Assembly: GCA_043767805.1 (NCBI GenBank)
Contig: JAYUGC010000107.1
Span: forward strand, 1 to 11,981
Length of the DNA: 11,981 bases
Source of the DNA: Pseudomonadota bacterium
Lineage (GTDB): Bacteria; Bdellovibrionota; FAC87; UBA2466
Direction: 5' to 3'
In this document: positions 1-7,454 of the stretch, in pieces
Layout: each line of letters begins with the position of its first letter
Position numbering within the stretch: the stretch's first letter is position 1
Translations under genes and position numbers: made by a program
Notes under the pieces: model-generated
Database searches by the model: none
Seen by the model: the letters and a program-made list of their open reading frames with translations, nothing else
What the model was told of the DNA's origin: nothing

Positions 1-2
1 TG

Positions 3-236
3 AGCAAATACTGCGACCTCATTCCCATTGGGCGCTACGCCCGGATGGCTGAGCGCAGCGGGGTGCCGGGCCTTCCGCCCCAGAGCTTGATTGAATCGAG
101 TCATCATCTTGCCGATTTTCTTAAGCCCACCTACGAGCTCTTGCGGCAAGAAATCCGTGCTGAAAAAGTACTGCATGCCGATGAGACCCCGCACCGGATG
201 CTGGAGGGGGATGAGAAATCACACTGGTACCTTTGG
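3..236 (+). pseudogene. IS66-family transposase (TnpC) internal fragment, 5'-open at the window edge and truncated at ~236
   Basis: Frame 3 from nt 3 reads SKYCDLIPIGRYARMAERSG...LADFLKPTYELLRQEIRAEKVLHADETPHRMLEGDEKSHWYLW. This matches the IS66 TnpC pattern KYxDHLPLxR...lhaDETp...YLW, which carries the first catalytic Asp. Similarity stops right after YLW (234-236), and the rest of ORF 45..698 is out-of-frame read-through. Confidence 0.85.
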
Positions 237-237
237 A

Positions 238-630
238 ACCGGCGAGGAGAAGACTCACATAGATGCGGTCCTCCAAGAGAATACCCAATTTGCCAAACTC
301 GAGCTCATCGAAGAAAGAATGCTCACCTTCTTCGACCAGCCCGACGAGGCCGCCGCCAAAACGGTGTTCGAGGAGATTGGCGACTGGATCTTCCAAGCTG
401 GATTCATCCCCCTCATGAGATGGATCCAAAGGCTCGAGAAGGGCTGGGATACCCTCAAGAACTACTTCCGCTACCGAGTCACCACGGGCGTCTCGGAAGG
501 CATCAACCGAGCCATCAAGGGACTCAAATGGCAGGCCTACGGCTACAAAGACATGGACTACTTCGCCCTCAAAATCCTACAAAAGTACGGCTACCTAAAC
601 TCCCGATACCACATGCTCTCCGACAAATAG
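238..630 (+). pseudogene. ISL3-family transposase, C-terminal fragment (N-terminal part missing)
   Basis: Frame 1 reads ...WDTLKNYFRYRVTTGVSEGINRAIKGLKWQAYGYKDMDYFALKIL..., the ISL3 C-terminal signature (TNxxxEGxNxxIKxxKRxAYGY/FRxxxxFxLKI). It stops at TAG 628-630. There is no credible start of its own, and the upstream part of ORF 91..630 is an alternative frame of the IS66 fragment. Confidence 0.85.
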
Positions 631-641
631 AAGAAAGAGCC
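620..641 (+). repeat. Possible right terminal inverted repeat of the ISL3 element (ends ...AAAGAGCC at 641)
   Basis: The sequence 11 nt after the transposase stop ends in AGAGCC, whose reverse complement begins GGCTCT, a common ISL3 terminus. The left end is absent, so the repeat cannot be paired and its inner boundary is approximate. Confidence 0.4.
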
Positions 642-814
642 TCGATCTTGTTCACGAACCATTCGTGCGTCTGCCGTAGTTTGTCCCCTTTTTCCTAACC
701 AACCCGTACACCGCCGGTATGCGCGCCCTACAGCCGGCCTCGCGCCGTGGACAGTCTCTTGCACAGAAGGCAGGTGCGCCGCCTTGTGAAAGACGGCGAA
801 GGAGTGTTCTGTCG

Positions 815-3800
815 TTGTTTAGGTCTGCCTTAAACCTGGTTTTTCTCGCCGCGCTTTGCCTCGCGTCTTTCGCTTGGGCTGAGGTAATCACCGTGCACTC
901 GGAGAGCGAGTGCGTCGATTTCTTCGTTAAGATCGCCCAGAACCATCCGACCACGGCCGCGACGGTCGATCGCCTTAAGGAATTTGCCCGCGTCCACAAC
1001 CTGCCGACCAAGATCGTCGAAGTGGGCCCGCCCGAACGCCGGGTGAAGCGTCTCATCGTGGGACTCAACTTCCACGACTGGAACCTCATGCAGGAGTACA
1101 TGAAGTGGTTCAACCTGGAATCGGCGGGCCGGCCCGATCTGGGCGGTATTCTGCCTCTCGAGTACGCGACCGAGATGGACCGGGCGAACGGAAAAAATTA
1201 CGTCGGAACGAATGTGCGCCCGCGCCCCAGCATGTCGGCGCCCATCTGGATGTTCGGCCGGGAAGACGTGCCCTGGCAGCAGTGGTGGGACGTCTCCGTA
1301 AAGCACCCCAAAGCGGTCGAGGCCGATTTGCCCATCATGGGCTTCTCGCATCTCATCGGCACGACGCCCGAACAGCAGAAAAACATCTGGGAATTCCTCT
1401 ACAACCCGGACAAACGCGCCGTGTGCAAGAGCACGAACTGCGTCGCCTGGCAGTCGCAAATCGAATTTGGCCATACCGATTTCAACATCCCTGAAGTCGA
1501 GCGTCAGTTTCTAGCCACCCGGCTCGGCTTTTCGCGCACCATGGAACATTCCGAGATGACTCGCCGGATGTTCCACTACGCCAATCAGGAACACGGCGCG
1601 ATGATTGCCTTCCTCAATGGGCAAAAGGGCATCGATGCCTTCAATAGCGATTTAGCTTCGCACCTTCCCCCGCCTCCGAAAAAATCTGCGCGGGAAGCCG
1701 TCAAAGGCATCACCTTCAGCCGCAATACGGAGTTGGATGAAGCTATTTCGAAGATCCCCGACATGCCCGGTGGCACTAAAGTGTTTTTGCCCATTGGCCC
1801 GGGCGCGAGCCCCGAGGGCATGGAAGCGCTCGCCGAGCTCGCAGCGAAATCCAACGGCGGCATCGACGTTCACGTTTTCGTAAACGGCGTAAGCGAACGG
1901 GTTTTCCAAGAAGGTCTCGATAAGGGTAAGGACAAGCTTCGCATCCACGCCCTCTTTCTCGGCGGAAACTTACGCAAGCTCCATTCCGAAGGCCGCGTCC
2001 ATCACATCCCGGGCTATCTCGGCGATTTCGCGCATTACATGCGCGATCCCAACGAAAAAGATTTCCAGTACGACGCCATCATCGTGCGCGTGTCGCCGCC
2101 GGATGCAAACGGGCATTACAGCCTCGGGCCCAATAGCGATCTAGTCAAAACGGTGCTCGAGACTCGCCCCAACATCAAGATCATCGCCGAGATCAACCCG
2201 AACGTTCCCTTCACGACCGGCGACAACTTCCTGACCAAAGATCAAATCGCGGGAAGCTTCCATTCGACGACTCAGCTCGGCGGGCCCGCGGCCTTGCCCC
2301 TGACCAAAGTCGAGCAGAACATCGGCGAAAACCTGGCCGGGCTCATCGAAAACGGCGCGACCCTGCAAGTTGGTATCGGAAACGTCTTCGGTGGTTTACC
2401 CGAGGCGCTTAAAAACGCGGGACGCCGGGGCTTAAACATCTCGACTGAGATGATGGGCGATGATTTGAAGAAGATCGTCGAGAACGGCACGGCTCAGAAG
2501 GCCGAAACCACGTTTGGGTATGGCAGCACCGAGTTCTATAAATGGCTCGACCACAATCCCGACGTGGTCTTTAAGCCCACCGAAGTGATCAACGATCCCG
2601 CGCGGGTTTCCTCGATTCCTAATTTCCACGCGGTGAACACCGCGCTCCAAGTGGATCTCCATGGCCAGGTCAACGCGACCATGGGCCCTCAGGGGCGCAT
2701 CTCGAGTCCGGGCGGACAAGTGGAGTTCATGTCGGGCGCGTCTCGCTCCACCGGCGGAAAATCGATTATCGCCCTTCGTTCCACGGCTAAACAAGGCGAG
2801 CTTTCCACCATCGACGTGGATCTCTATGCCGGGCCCATCACCACGCCGCGCGAGTACATCTCTCACGTGGTGACCGAGTACGGCGTCGCCAAACTTTCCG
2901 GAAAGAGCGATCGGGACCGCGCGGTCGCACTGATTAACGTCGCCCATCCGAAATTCAGAAAGAGCCTCGCGAACAAGGCGGTCGAGAAAGGGATCATCAC
3001 CGCGGGAGACGTGAGTCATATCCGTTTCGACGTCGCCGAGATCAAGCCCAATAAAGATCACAAAGGTCCCGAAGGCCAGGAGAACAAGAAGCCTCCGACC
3101 GATCTTCCGGCGCGGGCGGATCATGAAGGCAATGTTCCCATGGCCGGCGGCGATCCCGTGCCTCAAACCCGCACGGCGGCGCCCGACGCCGATCCCAAAG
3201 CGGCGATCCTCAAGCAGTCGACGCTTCAGGGGAAGGACTTCAATTACAAGGTTTACGGCGAAGAAAACAAAGAAACGATCGTGCTCGTTCACGGCGTCGG
3301 CTCTTCCCTTTGGTCCTGGAAGGACATCGCTCCGCTGCTCGCCGATCGCTATAAAGTCGTCGTCTACGATCAGCGCGGACACGGAAAAACGCCGGATTCC
3401 GGTGAGAACTATTCTTCCACCGCCATGGCGGACGATCTTCGGGCACTCCTCGATCACTTAGGCATCAAGAAAGCGCACCTTCTGGGCCACTCCATGGGTG
3501 GGCGCGCGGTGGTTCGCTTCGCCGAGCGCTATCCCGAGCGCACGCACTCCGTTATCGTCGAGGACATGCACATGAAGGGATCCGGCACTGCCTCCCTGAA
3601 GCTTCCCGGAGTCCGCGTGCAAGCCGAAAAAATGAAAGCGGAGATCCCCGCGACTTTCGCCAGCGCCCCGGAAGCCAAAGCGAGGCTTTTGAATTACTTC
3701 CTTGAAGAGCAGGTGGAAGACATCCTAAAGCGCGCGGCTCACGATCCCGACGGCAAAGTCACGCTCGCGGGCCGGCCCGAAGTCCCCGAGCTGTGGCTGC

Positions 3801-5071
3801 ACCAAGGCCTCTCGGAAGACATGACGGAAGCGCTACGCAACGTACGATCCCCCATCGTCTTCATTGGCGCCGATCCTTCCAGACCCGACGCGGCCTTAAA
3901 GGGCGCGGGCGTGGATCACATCCGTGAGACCCGGCCGGATATCCCGATTTGGCAGCTCCCTGGCACCGGTCACAAAGTGCATAACGATCCGAAGTTCATG
4001 GAAAGCGTCCGCTACTTCCTGGGGACGACTAAAACCAGAGCGGTCACCGAACCGGCTCGCGAGGCGCTCATCAAAGCCGCAAAGGAAGCGGGCGTTCCCA
4101 TCTTCATGCGCCAAGTGGGCGATCGCGAGCTTCCCGTCGTTCTCTTGAACGAGGAGACGTATCCCAAGCTGAAGCCGTTTCTGGATGGCTCCATCGGAAC
4201 CGGAGTAAAGATGTTCCCCTTCACGAACCAAGGTACGGACCACGGTCTCTTCCGCGTGGGCGACAACCTTCTCGATTTTTACTGGCCCGACGATCCGAAC
4301 AAATACGGCCAGCTCCATAACACGGGCGTGTACGCGCTTCCTTTGCAGACTTATCTTCCGCGCCGGAACAACAACTCGGAGCGCATCATCGAAGCGACGT
4401 ACGCTTTGACGCCCGAAGAGCGGCAGACGGCCGAGTATTACCACCGTATGCGCCGAGCCGGCGTGTTCCGCGCGAAGTACGAGTTCAACAATTACGACCC
4501 GGCTTACGGGCAGCGTAAGCACGTGCTCGATGAAGGTTTCCAGAACTGTTATAACTTCGGCGTCAGCGCGTGCAACCAGAGCCACGCGAATAACATGAAA
4601 ACGCAGCTTTATCAGATCGGCGTCCGCGACGTTCCTAAGCTGCTCGCCACGCCTGAAGTAAAAGAGTTCCAAAGAAGGGCGAAGGAACAGCTCCTCGCCA
4701 TCAATCGCAACGATCCCGCGCTGGCCGATCCCAAGGCCGAAGAGAAAGTGCTCAACATTCACATGTTCGACAAGCCCGAGTACTTCGAGCTGCTTAAGAA
4801 CGTAATCCCTGAGAACTCCAGCCCCGAGAACCGCACGAAGTTCATCAATTATCTGGTGGGGATCGATGCCGTGCAGCAGTACGATCAGATCACCACCGAT
4901 CTGAGCCTCGGCGGAAACTTCTGGAATTTCAACCACCCCCGCGCCACAGCCATCGTGGTTTGGGACACTCCGCTACAAAACGAAGCGTTCAAAAACGGGA
5001 CTTACGAAATCGGCGGCTCGAACCCCGCGTACCAGTTCCGCAACCCTTCTCTGAACCGACCGTTGCCCTAG
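815..5071 (+). CDS. Large predicted secreted multidomain protein: signal peptide + unknown domain A + acetyl-CoA hydrolase/CoA-transferase + linker + alpha/beta hydrolase + unknown domain B (~1418 aa)
   Basis: Uninterrupted ORF 719..5071. The preferred start is TTG 815, 10 nt after AAGGAG (799-804), giving MFRSALNLVFLAALCLASFAWA|EV (signal peptide, AxA site). CoA-transferase motifs at ~1730-3030: VSPPDANGHYSLG, IIAEINPNVP, IENGATLQVGIG, STEM (Glu 2447-2449), VNTALQVDLHGQVNA, GGQVEF, GGKSIIALRST, VVTEYGVA, ALINVAHPKFR. Hydrolase motifs at ~3230-4025: VLVHG, YDQRGHG, GHSMGG (Ser 3491-3493), GTGH (His 3971-3973). Confidence 0.9.
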   Translation: MFRSALNLVFLAALCLASFAWAEVITVHSESECVDFFVKIAQNHPTTAATVDRLKEFARVHNLPTKIVEVGPPERRVKRLIVGLNFHDWNLMQEYMKWFNLESAGRPDLGGILPLEYATEMDRANGKNYVGTNVRPRPSMSAPIWMFGREDVPWQQWWDVSVKHPKAVEADLPIMGFSHLIGTTPEQQKNIWEFLYNPDKRAVCKSTNCVAWQSQIEFGHTDFNIPEVERQFLATRLGFSRTMEHSEMTRRMFHYANQEHGAMIAFLNGQKGIDAFNSDLASHLPPPPKKSAREAVKGITFSRNTELDEAISKIPDMPGGTKVFLPIGPGASPEGMEALAELAAKSNGGIDVHVFVNGVSERVFQEGLDKGKDKLRIHALFLGGNLRKLHSEGRVHHIPGYLGDFAHYMRDPNEKDFQYDAIIVRVSPPDANGHYSLGPNSDLVKTVLETRPNIKIIAEINPNVPFTTGDNFLTKDQIAGSFHSTTQLGGPAALPLTKVEQNIGENLAGLIENGATLQVGIGNVFGGLPEALKNAGRRGLNISTEMMGDDLKKIVENGTAQKAETTFGYGSTEFYKWLDHNPDVVFKPTEVINDPARVSSIPNFHAVNTALQVDLHGQVNATMGPQGRISSPGGQVEFMSGASRSTGGKSIIALRSTAKQGELSTIDVDLYAGPITTPREYISHVVTEYGVAKLSGKSDRDRAVALINVAHPKFRKSLANKAVEKGIITAGDVSHIRFDVAEIKPNKDHKGPEGQENKKPPTDLPARADHEGNVPMAGGDPVPQTRTAAPDADPKAAILKQSTLQGKDFNYKVYGEENKETIVLVHGVGSSLWSWKDIAPLLADRYKVVVYDQRGHGKTPDSGENYSSTAMADDLRALLDHLGIKKAHLLGHSMGGRAVVRFAERYPERTHSVIVEDMHMKGSGTASLKLPGVRVQAEKMKAEIPATFASAPEAKARLLNYFLEEQVEDILKRAAHDPDGKVTLAGRPEVPELWLHQGLSEDMTEALRNVRSPIVFIGADPSRPDAALKGAGVDHIRETRPDIPIWQLPGTGHKVHNDPKFMESVRYFLGTTKTRAVTEPAREALIKAAKEAGVPIFMRQVGDRELPVVLLNEETYPKLKPFLDGSIGTGVKMFPFTNQGTDHGLFRVGDNLLDFYWPDDPNKYGQLHNTGVYALPLQTYLPRRNNNSERIIEATYALTPEERQTAEYYHRMRRAGVFRAKYEFNNYDPAYGQRKHVLDEGFQNCYNFGVSACNQSHANNMKTQLYQIGVRDVPKLLATPEVKEFQRRAKEQLLAINRNDPALADPKAEEKVLNIHMFDKPEYFELLKNVIPENSSPENRTKFINYLVGIDAVQQYDQITTDLSLGGNFWNFNHPRATAIVVWDTPLQNEAFKNGTYEIGGSNPAYQFRNPSLNRPLP

Positions 5072-5075
5072 GCGC

Positions 5076-5086
5076 TGTGGTATCCT
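5076..5086 (+). promoter_or_regulatory. Possible extended -10 promoter (TGTGG-TATCCT) for the 5102 gene
   Basis: TGnTATCCT lies at 5078-5086 in the 30-nt gap between the two CDSs. There is no SD before ATG 5102 and no correctly spaced -35. Confidence 0.35.
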
Positions 5087-5101
5087 TAATGCCACTCCCC
5101 T

Positions 5102-6748
5102 ATGCTATTTCGCGAAGAATTCACGCTTCTGCTGGTGTGCGTCGCCACCGGGATTCTCCTTCATTTCGTGCCGTATGACGGCGAGAAGGTGGCCCTCTAC
5201 CGGTTGCAGGAAAAGCTGCGGCAAGAGCCCGAACTCACCGAGAAGATCTCGACCCAGTGCTCCAGCCTCGAGTCCGCGGATAACCGCGCGGCCGCCCGCT
5301 TCGTTTCGAAGAGCTTTCGCTTACCGAGCCCCGGGACTTCCGGCGCCGGCAAATGTCTCGTCGTGTTGGAGAGCAGCCAGACCCAGCGCTTCTTCGTCAG
5401 AAACTACGCGCACTTCGCGCTCGCCGTGCAAGGCGAGAACGGAAACATGGTTTACCGGCGCGACTACGACATCGAGTTCCCGCGGCCGCTCGCGCTTTTG
5501 CCGCTCGCCGTGTTTCTCCTCTCCTTGGTCTGGGGCTTTAAGCCCTGGGGTCTCGCGTGGACGCTCGGCACCTACGTGCTACTGCTCGGCGGCGGCAATC
5601 TCATCCGCGCGCTCGAGTTCGGCGTGAAGAGCACGCTCATTACTTTCGGCGGAAGCCAGCCCCTCCTTGGCACCCTGCTCGTCTTGTTCTGGGTCGCACT
5701 CCATCGAAGCCGGCGCGACCGAAAGCCCGCAAGACTCTATTCCGTAAAAGTCGAAAGCTGGATCAATAAGGTCCTCTCCGTGCTCCTGGGTCTTTGGAAC
5801 CCCGCGATTTTCACGGCGGCCTCGAAGCTCTTTCTGCCGTTCCGCGGCTCGCTCGCGCGCATCACTTTCTTCATGGACGCCCAGTTCTTCATCGTTTGCG
5901 GAAGTCTCTATCTCTTGGCCGCGGACTGGAGAAACCCGCGCGCTTTCGTGATGGAAAGCCTCCTCTTACCCCGGTATTTTTCTTTCGCGGCGGCGCTCTT
6001 TCTTTCTCTAGGCTATTGGACTCCCACGCCGAAGAAGCGAGCGATTGCCTGGCACCAGCTTCGTTTCTGGCGGGCGGCGGGCTTTGTCATCGCGACCGAG
6101 GGCCTGGCCTTCCGCTTTCCGGTGATGCGGGAAATTTCCACCGTCACTCGCGTCGGACTCTCGCTGATAGCGAGTGAGCTCGTGATGCCAAGAAGCATCG
6201 CTTGGCGCTCGGCGGTTCGAAGCTTCCTCCCCTGGGCGGCGATGCTTTTGGTGGCGACTTTCATCACGCTCCAGAGCGTGCAAGCCGGGGTCAGCGAATT
6301 GGTGCTCGTACTCTGGGAGCCGACGGCGCACCCGACGGCGGTCGCTCTCTTCACTTTCATCTCGGGCGTTTTCCTGGGCTTCCTCACCGGAAATTTCGCG
6401 ATCACCTTCTTCGCGCTTTACGGGGTACTCATCCGCTCGTTCGATCAGCCGCTGGTCAAAGCCGCGCTCATCGACGGCATTCTCGCGGGAAGCCTTCTCT
6501 CCCCATTCTCGCTCTTTAATCTTTTCTCCGCGGCGCAGTTCGGCCTCGACCTTCAAGAGCTCGTCCGCTTCCGCTTCCGTCAGCTCGCGGTACCGCTCAC
6601 CATCTCCACCATCATCTACGCCGTCTGCGCCATCAACTCGGTGGCCATCCTGCAACCGGTGACGTTCGTCTTCCTTTGCCTCGTCGCGCTGGCGACTCGC
6701 TTGAAGAAAAATGCGTGGACCTGGAGCGGCTTTACCCAAGCTCACTAG
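5102..6748 (+). CDS. Polytopic inner-membrane protein; C-terminal third resembles the ion-transporter (NhaC/DUF401-like) superfamily
   Basis: 548-aa ORF with an N-terminal TM helix, a ~100-aa soluble loop containing two Cys, then many hydrophobic segments. ISGVFLGFLTGNFAITF and GILAGSLLSPFS recall the IT-superfamily 'TG(T/S)' and 'GxxxSPxS' hairpin motifs. The family assignment is by eye. Confidence 0.7.
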   Translation: MLFREEFTLLLVCVATGILLHFVPYDGEKVALYRLQEKLRQEPELTEKISTQCSSLESADNRAAARFVSKSFRLPSPGTSGAGKCLVVLESSQTQRFFVRNYAHFALAVQGENGNMVYRRDYDIEFPRPLALLPLAVFLLSLVWGFKPWGLAWTLGTYVLLLGGGNLIRALEFGVKSTLITFGGSQPLLGTLLVLFWVALHRSRRDRKPARLYSVKVESWINKVLSVLLGLWNPAIFTAASKLFLPFRGSLARITFFMDAQFFIVCGSLYLLAADWRNPRAFVMESLLLPRYFSFAAALFLSLGYWTPTPKKRAIAWHQLRFWRAAGFVIATEGLAFRFPVMREISTVTRVGLSLIASELVMPRSIAWRSAVRSFLPWAAMLLVATFITLQSVQAGVSELVLVLWEPTAHPTAVALFTFISGVFLGFLTGNFAITFFALYGVLIRSFDQPLVKAALIDGILAGSLLSPFSLFNLFSAAQFGLDLQELVRFRFRQLAVPLTISTIIYAVCAINSVAILQPVTFVFLCLVALATRLKKNAWTWSGFTQAH

Positions 6749-6759
6749 GAAACCACAGA

Positions 6760-6930
6760 ATGAAGCTTCTTTTCTTTTTCTTGGCGCTCGCCACTTCGTT
6801 TGCCCTTGCCCAGGAACCCGAAGAGAAACCCGTCGTCGGCGTACCTGCTGCTTTAGACACTTTGGTCGCCGCCCTCAAAAAGGCGAAAGAAAACGTCGTT
6901 TGGCCGATCCCCGCCCCATTCGAGCCCTAG
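6760..6930 (+). CDS. Small secreted protein (56 aa) with signal peptide
   Basis: ATG 6760 follows AGGA (6747-6750). MKLLFFFLALATSFALA|QEPEEKP... is a clear Sec signal with an ALA site. It fills the gap between the 6748 stop and the convergent gene, with which it shares CTAG at 6927-6930. Confidence 0.65.
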   Translation: MKLLFFFLALATSFALAQEPEEKPVVGVPAALDTLVAALKKAKENVVWPIPAPFEP

Positions 6931-7454
6931 CTCCGGTACGTTTTCATGAGGTTCACGTAGTGACGCGCGCTGAAGGCGAGGCCTTCGCGCTCGGCTTCTG
7001 TCAGCTCAGCCACGATCTTCGCCGGACGGCCGAAGGCTTTCGTGCCCGACGGAATTTTCATTTTGGGCGTCACGAGGCTTCCCGCGCCGAGCAAAACGAA
7101 ATCGCCGATTTCCGCGCCATCCAAGATCTGGCTGCCCATGCCGATTAACGTCGTATTACCGATGGAGCAGGCGTGAATCACCGCTGAGTGGCCGATGGTC
7201 ACGTCGTCGCCGATTATACAAGGGTAAGCTTTGTAAGCGACGTGCACGAGGGTGCAATCTTGAATGTTGGTGCGCTTACCGACGCGGATGTAATTTACGT
7301 CTCCACGAAGCACCGAATTGAACCAGATGCTCGACTCCTCGCCGATCTCGAGATCGCCGTAAACATGCGCGCCGGGCGCGATGAACGCGGAAGGATGCAC
7401 CTTCGGCGTCTGAAACCGGTGCGGAAACATCGCCTTCAAATCGACGTCAGACAT
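6927..7454 (-). CDS. Gamma-class carbonic anhydrase family protein (YrdA/CaiE/PaaY-like hexapeptide-repeat protein)
   Basis: AFIAPGA..GD..IG..SSIWF..VLRGD.N.I.VG.RTNIQD..LVH; IG..VTIGH.A.IH.C.IG...LIGMG. The three metal-binding His and the left-handed beta-helix repeats are present. Its start overlaps the miaB stop by 8 nt. Confidence 0.93.
   Translation of the reverse strand: MSDVDLKAMFPHRFQTPKVHPSAFIAPGAHVYGDLEIGEESSIWFNSVLRGDVNYIRVGKRTNIQDCTLVHVAYKAYPCIIGDDVTIGHSAVIHACSIGNTTLIGMGSQILDGAEIGDFVLLGAGSLVTPKMKIPSGTKAFGRPAKIVAELTEAEREGLAFSARHYVNLMKTYRS

Noticed and set aside
45..698. ORFs 45..698 (217 aa) and 91..630 (179 aa) as complete genes
   Set aside because: Each is transposase-like over only part of its length (IS66 up to 236; ISL3 from ~238). 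The remainder is alternative-frame read-through of the other fragment.
719..814. ATG 719 as the start of the large protein
   Set aside because: It has no SD and adds 32 low-complexity Arg-rich residues ahead of a clean signal peptide. TTG 815 has AAGGAG at suitable spacing. The RRRRS stretch is not a convincing Tat motif, but the longer start is not formally excluded.
2432..4936. Long antisense ORFs 2432..3457 (341 aa) and 3896..4936 (346 aa), also 830..1474 and 6008..6745
   Set aside because: They lie wholly opposite well-supported genes and show no recognisable motifs. Such shadow frames are expected in GC-rich coding DNA.
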